A stretch of DNA of 41,751 nt from contig JBGPLW010000001.1 in assembly GCA_041486645.1 (NCBI GenBank), positions 1 to 41,751 on the forward strand, in the 5' to 3' direction. The DNA is from Gaiellaceae bacterium (GTDB taxonomy: Bacteria > Actinomycetota > Thermoleophilia > Gaiellales > Gaiellaceae). Shown piece by piece: positions 32,192-41,286 of the stretch. The first letter of the stretch is position 1, and every line of letters begins with the position of its first letter. The position numbers and the translations under genes are program-made. Below the pieces are notes generated by a model. It was given only the letters and a program-made list of their open reading frames with translations, did no database searches and had not been told where the DNA came from.

Positions 32192-33099
32192 TGCACGCGC
32201 ACTCGCACGATCACTCGCGTGCCGCGGACCGCCGTCTTCTGGCGGTCGCACTCCTCCTGATCGTCGGCTTGATGGCGGGCGAGATCGCCGCCGGCATCGT
32301 CGCGGGCTCGCTCGCGCTCCTCGCCGACGCGGGGCACATGCTCACCGACGCCGCCGCGCTCACGGCGGCGCTCGTCGCCTCGCGGCTTGCGTCGCGGCCC
32401 GCACGCGGTTCGTGGACGTTCGGGCTCGGACGCGCGGAGATCCTCGCCGCGCAGGCGAACGGGATCGCGCTGCTCCTGGTCGGCATCTGGATCATCTACG
32501 GCGCAGTACGGCGTCTCGTCTCGCCGGCCGACGTCCACGGCGGCATCGTGCTCGTCGTCGCGCTCGTCGGCGTCGCCGTGAACCTGCTCGCGACGCTCGT
32601 GTTGTCGCGCGCCGACCGCGAGAGCTTGAACGTCCGCGGCGCGTTCCTGCACGTCGCGACCGATCTCGCTGCGTTCGCCGGTACCGCTGTCGCGGGTGCA
32701 CTCGTGCTCACGACCGGGTGGGACCGGTTCGACCCGGTCGCGGGGCTCGCCGTCGCCGCGCTCTGCCTGCGCTCGAGCTGGTCACTTCTCCGCGAGTCGG
32801 GGCGCATCTTCATGGAGGCGTCGCCCGCCGGCATCGATCCGGACGAGGTCGCGGGCGCTCTTGCCGCGGATCCCGACGTCGTCGAAATCCACGATCTTCA
32901 CGTCTGGACGGTGACGAGCGGCTTTCCGGCGCTCGCGGCCCACGTGCTCGTCTCGCCCGAGACCGACTGCCATGGCGCTCGCCGCCGGCTGCAGCGGCTG
33001 CTGCACGACCGTTACCAGCTCCATCACGTGACGCTCCAGGTCGACCATGTGGCGCAACGCTCTCAACCAGTCGAGATAGCATCGCGCCGTGACACGTGA
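32191..33099 (+). CDS. Cation diffusion facilitator (CzcD/ZitB-like) metal efflux transporter
   Basis: The ATG overlaps the M48 stop by 1 nt (TGATG). His-rich N-terminus MHAHSHDHS. CDF signatures: SLALLADAGHMLTDAAAL and FLHVATDLAAF. Confidence 0.88.
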   Translation: MHAHSHDHSRAADRRLLAVALLLIVGLMAGEIAAGIVAGSLALLADAGHMLTDAAALTAALVASRLASRPARGSWTFGLGRAEILAAQANGIALLLVGIWIIYGAVRRLVSPADVHGGIVLVVALVGVAVNLLATLVLSRADRESLNVRGAFLHVATDLAAFAGTAVAGALVLTTGWDRFDPVAGLAVAALCLRSSWSLLRESGRIFMEASPAGIDPDEVAGALAADPDVVEIHDLHVWTVTSGFPALAAHVLVSPETDCHGARRRLQRLLHDRYQLHHVTLQVDHVAQRSQPVEIASRRDT

Positions 33100-33823
33100 T
33101 CTCTCCGGCAAGACGGCGATCGTCACCGGCGCGTCGTCCGGAATCGGGCAGGCAACCGCTCGGGCGCTGAAGGAAGCCGGCGTGCGCGTCGCCGGCGGCG
33201 CACGGCGCGTCGAACGGCTCGAGACCGACGTCAAGCTCGAGCTCGATGTCACCGACCGGCAGAGCAGTGAGCGTTTTGTCTCCGCCGCGGTCGAGCAGCT
33301 CGGCGGCCTCGACATTCTCTTCAACAACGCCGGCCTCGCGCTCGGACGGCATCCCTTCACGGAGTCGAGCGAAGAGGACGAGTACGCCGTGTTCAACACG
33401 AACGTCAACGGCCTCGTCCGCATCACCCGCCTCTGCTTGCCGCACATCCGTGACGGCGGCCACATCGTGAACATGGGCTCCGTCGCCGGCCGCGTCGCTT
33501 ACGAGAACGGCGCGACCTACATCGCGTCGAAGTTCGCCGTGCGCGGCTTCACGTACGCGCTGCGCGAGGATCTGCTCGGCCGCCCGATTCGGATCACGAC
33601 CGTCGATGCAGGTCTCGTCGAGACCGAGTTCTCGATCGTCCGCTTCAAAGGAGACACCGAGAAAGCCGACGCGGTCTACAAAGGCGTCGACCCGCTCACC
33701 GCCGAGGACATCGCCGACTGCGTGCTGTGGGCGTTGACACGACCGTGGCACGTCAACATCGACGAGATCGTCGTCAAGGCGCGAAACCAGGCTTCCGGCG
33801 CGCGCGTCTTCCGCGAGCAATGA
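33089..33823 (+). CDS. SDR-family oxidoreductase
   Basis: TGASSGIGQATA (TGxxxGxG), NNAG, and catalytic YIASKFAV (YxxxK). Confidence 0.88.
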   Translation: MTRDLSGKTAIVTGASSGIGQATARALKEAGVRVAGGARRVERLETDVKLELDVTDRQSSERFVSAAVEQLGGLDILFNNAGLALGRHPFTESSEEDEYAVFNTNVNGLVRITRLCLPHIRDGGHIVNMGSVAGRVAYENGATYIASKFAVRGFTYALREDLLGRPIRITTVDAGLVETEFSIVRFKGDTEKADAVYKGVDPLTAEDIADCVLWALTRPWHVNIDEIVVKARNQASGARVFREQ

Positions 33824-34698
33824 CACCGGCCGCGCCGTGGCGCGTCGCGATCGTGACGCGGATCCTGCCGGTCGTGCTCGGCTTCTACGGTGCGCTTCGC
33901 GAGGCAGGCCACGAACCGGTCGCCCTTCTCACCGTCCGCGACAACGACGGCCGCTACGGCGGCTTCGAGCTCGGCGGGATGCTCGGTGAGGTGCCGCAGG
34001 ATCTCGAAGTCCTGATGCCGGCGCGGCGCTCGTCGATCGCGCCGCTCCTCGAGGCCGTGCGCCCCGACCTCGTCGTCTGCACCGGCTTTCCATGGAGGAT
34101 CCCCGCCGACGCGCTCGCCGTGCCGCCGCTCGGCTGGCTCAACGGGCACCCGTCGCTCCTGCCGCGCCACCGCGGACCGGTTCCCGTCGCCTGGTCGATC
34201 CGCAACGGTGAGCCCGAGATCGGCATCACGTTCCACCGCATGGATACGGAGCTCGACACCGGCGCGATCCTCGCGCAGCGGACGATGACGGTCGGCGAGT
34301 ACTGCGAGCCGGATGAGTTCTACGGCCGCATGGGTCCGTTGCACATCGACGCGTTCTGCGAGGCGCTCGACAAGCTCGCCGCCGGTGACGAAGGCACGCC
34401 GCAGACGGCGGGCGGCGAGTACGAGTCGTTTTTCGGCGACGAAGACGCCGACCTCGACCTCTCGCGCACCGCAGACGAGGCGAACCGCCTCGTCTGGGCG
34501 TGGCGCTACACGATTCCGGTCGGGACGCGCCACGGCGCATTGCTCGAGCTCGACGGCGAGACGGTGCGGGTGCTTGCGTCGTCGCTCACCGAAGTCGACG
34601 GCGCGCGACGCGTCGAATGCGCCGACGCGCCGCTCTGGCTCGTGAAGACTCAGCCGGTCGCGGCGACCGGCGCGGAGTCGACAGGCTCCGCGTCGTAG
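33820..34698 (+). CDS. Formyltransferase-family protein (Fmt-like)
   Basis: The ATG overlaps the SDR stop (ATGA). Motifs HPSLLPRHRGPVPVAW and FHRMDTELDTGAIL match the formyltransferase catalytic core. Confidence 0.75.
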   Translation: MTPAAPWRVAIVTRILPVVLGFYGALREAGHEPVALLTVRDNDGRYGGFELGGMLGEVPQDLEVLMPARRSSIAPLLEAVRPDLVVCTGFPWRIPADALAVPPLGWLNGHPSLLPRHRGPVPVAWSIRNGEPEIGITFHRMDTELDTGAILAQRTMTVGEYCEPDEFYGRMGPLHIDAFCEALDKLAAGDEGTPQTAGGEYESFFGDEDADLDLSRTADEANRLVWAWRYTIPVGTRHGALLELDGETVRVLASSLTEVDGARRVECADAPLWLVKTQPVAATGAESTGSAS

Positions 34699-35879
34699 GT
34701 GAAGTCGCGCACCGAGGGCAGTCGGTAGACGACGAGCGTGCTCGCGACGAGCCAGCACGCACCGAAGATCAGATACGCACGCATGCCGACCACCGTGCCG
34801 AGCGGCCCGGCCAGCGCGTAGCCCGCGGGGAGGAACACCATCGCGCTCATCCAGCCGTACGCAGAGACGCGCGCGAGCTTCTCCGGCGCGATCGTGCGCT
34901 GCATCGCGGTGTCCCAGACGACGGAGCCGCACGCGAACGCAAAGCCGGCGAGGGCCGCCGCCGGCGCGAGCGCGAAGACGGAGACGTGGTAGGCGAGCAG
35001 CACGCTCTGGATCGCGGTCGGCAGGAAGAGGTACCCCATCGCCATGAGCGGCCGGCGCGGGCGAAGCCGAAGCCCCGCGAGGCTGCCGAGAAGCGCGCCG
35101 ATGCCCTCGCCGGTGACGACCGCGCCCCACGAGCCGGCGCCGCCCATCGAGTGCTTCGCGATGTACGGCCCGAGCACGAAGAACGGCGCGTACGTGATCA
35201 GGAAGTAGAGGGCGATCCAGAGGCAGAGGACCCAGACCCACGTGTGCTCGACGAAGGCGCTCCAGCCTTCGCGCAGCTCGTGCAGGAAGCTCTGGCCGGC
35301 CTTCGCGAGCGACTCGACCCGCAGCTGCGAGAGGAGTAGCGCGCTCGCTGCGTACGTGCCGGCGTCGAAGAGCAGCGCCGTTCCGGAGCCGACGGTCGCG
35401 ACGATCGTTCCGCCCGCCGCGGCGCCGAGCGGGAACGCGGCGTAGCGGGCGATCGCGAGGTAGCTGTTCGCCTGCTGCAGCAGCTCCGGCCGCACCACCT
35501 CAGGCACGAGCCCGTACGACGCCGGCGAGTAGAACGCGACCGCCGCGCCGCCGACGGCTTGTAACGCGATCAGCTCCCACACGTGCGCGTGCCCGGCGAC
35601 GAGCAGGACGCCCATCGTCGTGCGTACGGCAAAGCTCGCTGTGTCGGAGCCGATCATCACCGCGCGCCGCGGCAGCCGGTCGCCGACGACCCCGCCGAAT
35701 GCGAGCGTCGCGACCTGCGCAACCGTCCAGGCGGCGAAGCCGAGACCGACCTCCGTCGCGCTGCCGCCGAGATCGAGGATCGCGAACGCGACCGCGATCG
35801 GCGCGAGATACGTGCCGACGTACGAGATGCCCCGGGCAGCGAAGAGAAGCCTGAAGTTCCGCTCGCGGAGCGCGTCCAC
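34650..35879 (-). CDS. MFS transporter
   Basis: About 12 TMs. N-terminal FRLLFAARGISYVGTYL and the GDRLPRR loop motif. Confidence 0.82.
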   Translation of the reverse strand: MDALRERNFRLLFAARGISYVGTYLAPIAVAFAILDLGGSATEVGLGFAAWTVAQVATLAFGGVVGDRLPRRAVMIGSDTASFAVRTTMGVLLVAGHAHVWELIALQAVGGAAVAFYSPASYGLVPEVVRPELLQQANSYLAIARYAAFPLGAAAGGTIVATVGSGTALLFDAGTYAASALLLSQLRVESLAKAGQSFLHELREGWSAFVEHTWVWVLCLWIALYFLITYAPFFVLGPYIAKHSMGGAGSWGAVVTGEGIGALLGSLAGLRLRPRRPLMAMGYLFLPTAIQSVLLAYHVSVFALAPAAALAGFAFACGSVVWDTAMQRTIAPEKLARVSAYGWMSAMVFLPAGYALAGPLGTVVGMRAYLIFGACWLVASTLVVYRLPSVRDFTYDAEPVDSAPVAATG

Positions 35880-35896
35880 GGGCGGATGGTGACGCG

Positions 35897-36757
35897 CTAC
35901 GCGGCGGGAGGCAAGGCCCCGTGCTGCTCGACCCAGCGCACGAGTCCGCGGTACGACTGCCAGATCGGCATCGCGACGTTCCAGTCCGCCATGTTCTCGC
36001 CCGCATCGCGCAGCTCCGTGCGCACGTACTCGACGAACTCTTCTTCACCGGCGCCACCGCGGACGAAGTCGGCCCAGTCGTACAGCTCGAGCCGTAGTTC
36101 GGCGAGGTGGCGCTGCGGATCTTCGGCGACGCCGAAGTGGATGAGCGCGAGCCGTTCCGGGTCGCGACGCTCTATCTCCTCGATCGTCCGCTGCCAGAGC
36201 TCGACGTCGAGCTCGGGCGGCGGCGTCGGCGGCAGCACCGCGTGGCCGGGCTGAATGCGCACGCCGGCAGCATCGCCGGCGTAGAGCGTGCCGTCGCGGT
36301 CGAGATACGAGACGTGGTGCGACGCGTGACCCGGCGTCGGGAAGCAGTCGAGTCCGAGCACACGGTCGCCGACGACGTGCACGTTCTCGCGCGGCACGGG
36401 TGCGAGCTCGCCCCACAGCGTGTCGAAGGTGTCGCCGTAGAGCCTGCGCGCGCTGCGCTCGAGCCGTTCCGGGTCGATGAGGTGCGGCGCGCCGATCCCG
36501 GAGACGTGCACCTGAAGCGAGGGCTGCTCGCGCACGAGCACGCCCGCCGCACCCGCGTGGTCGAGATGGATGTGGCTGAGGAGCAGGTGCCGGACGCCGC
36601 CGAGCTCGAGGCCGCGCTGCGCGAGGCCGGCCTTCAGCGCGTCGATCGTCGTCGCCGCGCCGCAGTCGAAGAGCGCCGGGCCGTCGTCGGTGTCGAGGAG
36701 GTACGAGGCGACGGTGCGCTCGTGACCCATATGGCGGAGATCGATCAGCTCGGGCAC
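35897..36757 (-). CDS. MBL-fold metallo-hydrolase
   Basis: HxHxDH motif LLLSHIHLDHAGAAG, followed by downstream His/Asp ligands. Confidence 0.85.
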   Translation of the reverse strand: MPELIDLRHMGHERTVASYLLDTDDGPALFDCGAATTIDALKAGLAQRGLELGGVRHLLLSHIHLDHAGAAGVLVREQPSLQVHVSGIGAPHLIDPERLERSARRLYGDTFDTLWGELAPVPRENVHVVGDRVLGLDCFPTPGHASHHVSYLDRDGTLYAGDAAGVRIQPGHAVLPPTPPPELDVELWQRTIEEIERRDPERLALIHFGVAEDPQRHLAELRLELYDWADFVRGGAGEEEFVEYVRTELRDAGENMADWNVAMPIWQSYRGLVRWVEQHGALPPAA

Positions 36758-36930
36758 GGCGGGATGCTAGTGCCTCTTCAGGTGATGTGGCCACGCTTCT
36801 GGGGCGCGAGCACCAAGCGGTGCAAGGACGCAGGCCGGGTCGCTAGCGGTGCTAGCGGCGCGGCCGAGGACGCGGCAACGCGCCGCGTGATCGCGATCCA
36901 GAAGCCTGGAGGGCATTGCCTGAAGGGGCA

Positions 36931-37308
36931 CTAAACGAGTGTGAGCGTGTCGATGAGGACGGCTTCGGACGCGACGGCTTCGATCGGCTCGTACTCGTGC
37001 GAGCCGTCCGCACGCGCAAACACGACCCGCGGCGCGTAGACGCCGTGCGCGCCGATCAGCGTGCGCAGCACCATGAACGGCTCGACGGGGATCACCTCGG
37101 CGACGAGGCCCTCGGACGCGAACTGCACGGGCCCGACGAGCGCGTCGAACGGCTCGAACTCGACTGCGTCGGGCTCGCCCGCCGCTTCGCCGACGACGAT
37201 CTGGAACGCCGGCTCGCGGACGAGCCCGGGGCGGCCGAGGATCGGCTCGAGCCATTGCACGAGCAGGTCGAGCTGCGCGCCGAGCGGGAGGACCCAAGTG
37301 CCGCTCAC
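36931..37308 (-). CDS. Hypothetical protein (125 aa)
   Basis: The GTG start overlaps the ppa stop (GTGA). No recognisable motif. Confidence 0.5.
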   Translation of the reverse strand: MSGTWVLPLGAQLDLLVQWLEPILGRPGLVREPAFQIVVGEAAGEPDAVEFEPFDALVGPVQFASEGLVAEVIPVEPFMVLRTLIGAHGVYAPRVVFARADGSHEYEPIEAVASEAVLIDTLTLV

Positions 37309-37784
37309 GCGCGGTCGCGCGCCTTCCCGAGGATCGCGTCGGCTTCGCTTCTGTTGCCCCAGCCGCGCGTCTCGGTCCGCTTCGACGGCTCGAGATCTTT
37401 GTAGCGCTGGAAGAAGTGCTCGATCTCGTCGCGGAGCTCGGAGTTCACGTCGTGGATGTCGCGGATGCGCTCGAACGACGGGTCGCCGAGCGGCACGCAG
37501 AGGAGCTTCTCGTCCGGCCCCTTCTCGTCGGTCATGTGGAAGACGCCGATCGGCCGCACGCGGATGCGGCAGCCGGGGAACGTCGGATCGGAGACGAGGA
37601 CGAGCGCGTCGAGCGGGTCGCCGTCCTCGGCGAGCGTCCCCTCGACGTAGCCATAGTCGGCCGGATACGTCATCGCCGTGAAGAGGCGGCGGTCGAGCAC
37701 GATGCCGCCGAGCTCCCTGTCGAACTCGTACTTGTTCCGCGATCCCGACGGGATCTCGACGAAGACGACCGCCTTGTTGCTCAC
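37305..37784 (-). CDS. ppa: Inorganic pyrophosphatase (family I)
   Basis: VFVEIPSGSRNKYEFD...DRRLFTAMTYPADYGYV..TLAEDGDPLDALVL is the canonical Ppa signature. The GTG start overlaps the upstream stop (GTGA). Confidence 0.92.
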   Translation of the reverse strand: MSNKAVVFVEIPSGSRNKYEFDRELGGIVLDRRLFTAMTYPADYGYVEGTLAEDGDPLDALVLVSDPTFPGCRIRVRPIGVFHMTDEKGPDEKLLCVPLGDPSFERIRDIHDVNSELRDEIEHFFQRYKDLEPSKRTETRGWGNRSEADAILGKARDRA

Positions 37785-38923
37785 GTGCGAACGGCCGCGG
37801 GCACGAGCGCGTGCTCGAGGTCCGCGATCAGATCCGTCGCCGACTCGATGCCGACCGACAGGCGTACGAGGTTCGGCGGTGAGGCGAACGGCGCCGTCGC
37901 AGTCGATGCATGCGTCATCCGCGCCGGCACCTCGATCAGGCTCTCGACGCCGCCGAGCGACTCCGCGAGCTGGAAGAGCTTTGTGCGCGTGACGAGGGCG
38001 AGCGCCTCCTCCTCCGAGTGCGCGAGGAAGGAGACCATGCCGCCGAAGTCGCGCATCTGCCGCGCCGCGAGCGCATGGTTCGGATGCGATGGCAGACCGG
38101 GGTAGAGCACGCGCTCGACGTTGCCGTGCCGCTCCAGCCAGAGCGCCACCTGCATCGCGTTCTCGCAGTGCTGCCGCATGCGAACGGCGAGCGTCTTGAT
38201 CCCGCGCAGCACGAGCCACGAATCGAAGGGCCCCGGCACGGCGCCGAGCGACTTCTGCAGGAAGTAGAGGCGCTCCGCGATCGTCGGGTCGTTCGTCGCG
38301 ATGAACCCGCCGACGGTGTCGGAGTGGCCGCCGAGATACTTCGTCGTCGAGTGCACGACGACGTCGGCGCCGAGCTCGAGCGGCTGTTGCAGGTACGGCG
38401 TCGCAAAGGTGTTGTCGACGACGAGGAGTGCGCCGACTTCGTGCGCCGCGTCGGCAGCGGCGCGTATGTCGACGACGTTCAACAGCGGATTCGACGGCGA
38501 CTCGACCCACACGATGCGCGTGTTGTCGTCGAGATGGTCGCGCAGGTTCGGGAAGTCCTCCGCCGGGACGTAGTCGAAGAGGTAGCCCTTCGGCTCGTAC
38601 ACCTGCGACGTCATGCGGTAGACGCCGCCGTAGACGTCCGCGATCAGCACGACGCGCTGGCCGGGGTCGACGAGGTGCATGAGCGTCGTCGTCGCGCCGA
38701 GCCCCGACGAGAAGGCGATGCCGTGGTCGGCGCCTTCGAGCGACGCGAGCGCCTGCTGAAGCGCGGTGCGGGTCGGGTTCGCGACGCGCGAGTAGTCGTA
38801 CCCCTTGTGCTCGCCCACAGCGTCCTGCACGTAGGTCGAGGTCTGGTAGATCGGCGTGATGATCGCGCCCGTCGCGGGATCCGGCTCCTGCCCCTCGTGG
38901 ATGGCGCGGGTCTCGAAGTCCAT
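37781..38923 (-). CDS. PLP-dependent Cys/Met-metabolism enzyme (cystathionine gamma-synthase/lyase family)
   Basis: N-terminal TRAIHEGQEPDPATGAIITPIYQTSTY. PLP-lysine region HSTTKYLGGHSD. Confidence 0.88.
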   Translation of the reverse strand: MDFETRAIHEGQEPDPATGAIITPIYQTSTYVQDAVGEHKGYDYSRVANPTRTALQQALASLEGADHGIAFSSGLGATTTLMHLVDPGQRVVLIADVYGGVYRMTSQVYEPKGYLFDYVPAEDFPNLRDHLDDNTRIVWVESPSNPLLNVVDIRAAADAAHEVGALLVVDNTFATPYLQQPLELGADVVVHSTTKYLGGHSDTVGGFIATNDPTIAERLYFLQKSLGAVPGPFDSWLVLRGIKTLAVRMRQHCENAMQVALWLERHGNVERVLYPGLPSHPNHALAARQMRDFGGMVSFLAHSEEEALALVTRTKLFQLAESLGGVESLIEVPARMTHASTATAPFASPPNLVRLSVGIESATDLIADLEHALVPAAVRT

Positions 38924-38932
38924 CCCGGAAGT

Positions 38933-40078
38933 CTACGAACGGACGACCTGCTCGGCACCCAAAACGCGGGCCAGCCGGGCGGTCGCCGTCTCGAGAGCCT
39001 CGTCGAGGTTCCCGCGCGCCCCCGGCTCCGGGTGGAACGCCTTGACGCGGAGGACGCCTTCGGCCCGGTCGTGCTTCAGGTCGGCGCGGCCGACGAGGCG
39101 GTCGCGGCGGAGGAGTGGCAGGACGTAGTAGCCGTAGACCCGCTCGTGCTCGCGCTTGTAGACCTCGATCACGTGGCGAAAGCCGAAGATCCGCTCGAGA
39201 TAGGTGCGGTCCCAGACGAGGTTGTCGAACGGGGAGAGGAGCACCGACTGCGGCAGCGGGCCGCCGGACTCGACGTCCGCAGGCACGAGCACGGGCGCCT
39301 TGCCGTCCTCGACGTCGAGCTTGCGGAGCAGCCCTTCCCCGACGAGCGCGTCTGCGTGTGGGCGCACGCCGGCCGCGCCGCCCGCGAGCCGCCACATCTC
39401 GGCGACCGCCGCTTCGGTGAGCGCGCCGCGCGCGCGGACGCCACGGAGCGTCGCCCAGCGCACGTACTCGTCGCGCGTCGGCGTCGAGCCGTTCAGGTGC
39501 TCGGCCGGGACGACGCGCTCGGGCAGGTCGTACAGGCGCTGGAAGTTCTCGCGGCCGGCGATCACGAGCCGCCCGGCGGAGTGGAGCGCCTCGAGCACGA
39601 CCTTCGCCGGCTTCCAGTTCCACATGCCGCCGGGGCCCGAGCCTTCGAAATCGCGCGAGGCGAGCGGGCCGCGCTCGGCGATCTCGCGCAGCACCTGTTC
39701 CGTCAGCTCAGGCTCGCGCTCGAAGACGTTGCCGCGCCACGGATGCGAATCGGCGAAGTGCGCCATGCGCCAGCGGTGCATGCGGTAGTCCTCGATCGGC
39801 ACGAGGCACGCCTCATGAGCCCAGTACTCGAAGATCCGTCCCTCGCGCATCAGCCTCGACACGGCGGGCTCGGAGTAGGCGCCGATGCGCGCCCCGAGGG
39901 CGATGCGGTGGCTCCGTTCGACGGTCGAGATCGAGTCGAGCTGCACGCAGCCGAGACGCTGGACGGTCGCAAGCAGCTCCGCTGCTGTTCCCTTGCGCGA
40001 GCGAACGGCATAGCCCTGTGCCTCCGTCACGCGGCGGCGGATCTCTGCGAGGCTGACGGTCGTGAGCGATTTCGCCAC
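38933..40078 (-). CDS. Winged-helix YcaQ/AlkZ-like (DUF1006) protein
   Basis: LQLDSISTVERSHRIAL...FEYWAHEACLVP...YVLPLL match the YcaQ family pattern. The GTG at 40078 is chosen; the track start at 40150 is possible. Confidence 0.7.
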   Translation of the reverse strand: MAKSLTTVSLAEIRRRVTEAQGYAVRSRKGTAAELLATVQRLGCVQLDSISTVERSHRIALGARIGAYSEPAVSRLMREGRIFEYWAHEACLVPIEDYRMHRWRMAHFADSHPWRGNVFEREPELTEQVLREIAERGPLASRDFEGSGPGGMWNWKPAKVVLEALHSAGRLVIAGRENFQRLYDLPERVVPAEHLNGSTPTRDEYVRWATLRGVRARGALTEAAVAEMWRLAGGAAGVRPHADALVGEGLLRKLDVEDGKAPVLVPADVESGGPLPQSVLLSPFDNLVWDRTYLERIFGFRHVIEVYKREHERVYGYYVLPLLRRDRLVGRADLKHDRAEGVLRVKAFHPEPGARGNLDEALETATARLARVLGAEQVVRS

Positions 40079-40700
40079 GTTCGTATTCGAGCAGTTGCCG
40101 CCGCCTCCAGGTCGAGTGCTCGAGATCGGCTGCGGCCCCGAAGGCGGCATCGTCGCGGAGCTCGCAGCGGGCGGCTACGACGTGCTCGGCGTCGATCCGG
40201 ACGCGCCCGAGGGCGTGCGGTTCCTCCGGGCGGAGTTCCAACAGGTTGACGGCACCTGGGACGCCGTTGTTGCCGGTCGCGTACTGCACCATGTGCACCC
40301 GCTCGGCGAGGGTCTCGACAAGCTCGCTTCGCTCGCGCCGCTCCTGATCGTCGACGAGTTCGCGTGGGACCGGATCGAGCCGCCGGCCCAGGACTGGTAC
40401 GAGAGCCAGCACCGGATGCTTCGCGCAGCCGGCGCCGATCCGTACGGCCCACGCGATCTCGACGAGTGGCGCACCCGGCATCACGATCTTCATCCGCACA
40501 CGACGCTGCTCGCCGCACTGCGTGCGCGCTATGACGAGCGCACCCTCGAGTGGGGGCCGTACTTCTACCGTTGGCTCGGCGGCCCCTCGAGTGAGGCGCT
40601 CGAGCGGACGCTGATCGGTGCGGGAGCGATTCCCGCGATCGGCTACCGCTGGGCAGGCGCGAGCACGTCGACGACGCGCTCTTCGGCGCCGTCGCGGTAA
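40062..40700 (+). CDS. Class I SAM-dependent methyltransferase
   Basis: Motif I VLEIGCGPEGG and the post-I acidic residue (YDVLGVDPD). Confidence 0.7.
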   Translation: MSDFATFVFEQLPPPPGRVLEIGCGPEGGIVAELAAGGYDVLGVDPDAPEGVRFLRAEFQQVDGTWDAVVAGRVLHHVHPLGEGLDKLASLAPLLIVDEFAWDRIEPPAQDWYESQHRMLRAAGADPYGPRDLDEWRTRHHDLHPHTTLLAALRARYDERTLEWGPYFYRWLGGPSSEALERTLIGAGAIPAIGYRWAGASTSTTRSSAPSR

Positions 40701-41020
40701 TCCGCGCCGAGCTTCTCCTCGAGTACACGCGTCAGCTCGCCGCTCTCGGCGAGCTCCTGCGTGATGTCGGCGCCCCCGATCAGTTCGCCCTTCACGAAGA
40801 CGGCGGGGATCGTCGGCCAGCCCGAGAGCTCGGCGAGCTCCTGGCGGATCGCCGGGTCGGGAAGGATGTTCACCGCCGTCACGGGCGCTCCCGCGTCGCG
40901 GAGCGCACGCAGCGCGCGGTCGGAGTTCCCACACATCACGAACTGCGGCGTGCCCTTCATGAAGAGCGCGACCGGCTCGTTCTCGATGACGTTCTTGATG
41001 GTTTCCTTGAGCTCGCTCAT
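40643..41020 (-). CDS. Grx4-type monothiol glutaredoxin with a variant CGNS active site
   Basis: VALFMKGTPQFVMCGNS...WPTIPAVFVKGELIGGADI. The canonical family motif is CGFS. Confidence 0.85.
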   Translation of the reverse strand: MSELKETIKNVIENEPVALFMKGTPQFVMCGNSDRALRALRDAGAPVTAVNILPDPAIRQELAELSGWPTIPAVFVKGELIGGADITQELAESGELTRVLEEKLGADYRDGAEERVVDVLAPAQR

Positions 41021-41250
41021 GAAGTCCCTCTCGTCTTGATTCGCAGTTCGTGAATGGTGCCGTCGCGGAGCGGCTCCGCGAGCGCCTCGTTGACGAGGCG
41101 ATGCTGGTCGAGCAGCGTCAGGCCGTCGAAGCGCGGGCTCGCGACGATCACCTGGAAGTGATCGCCGCCGCCCGTGCGATCCTCGACGCGGAGCTCGCCC
41201 GCATCGGGAAACGCGCCGCGCAGCAAAGTCTCGAGACGATCGACAGCCAC
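41017..41250 (-). CDS. BolA-family protein
   Basis: 77 aa with GGGDHFQVIVASPRFDGLTLLDQHRLVNEAL...IHEL. ATGA overlap with the glutaredoxin gene. Confidence 0.85.
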   Translation of the reverse strand: MAVDRLETLLRGAFPDAGELRVEDRTGGGDHFQVIVASPRFDGLTLLDQHRLVNEALAEPLRDGTIHELRIKTRGTS

Positions 41251-41286
41251 GCAGCCATGCTACTCACGGCGCGTACCCTTAGGTCG

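Noticed and set aside
36758-36930. Direct repeat gctagcgg-t-gctagcgg and small stems in the 173-bp intergenic region as a possible riboswitch or sRNA
   Set aside because: There is no recognisable conserved riboswitch core. It is most simply a terminator/promoter spacer between the unknown ORF and the MBL hydrolase gene.
37305-40249. 772-aa minus-strand (37305-39623) and 779-aa plus-strand (37910-40249) giant ORFs
   Set aside because: Only the last 159 codons of the minus ORF (ppa) are real. The remainder and the plus-strand ORF overlap the well-supported metB-like and YcaQ-like frames and are Arg-rich.
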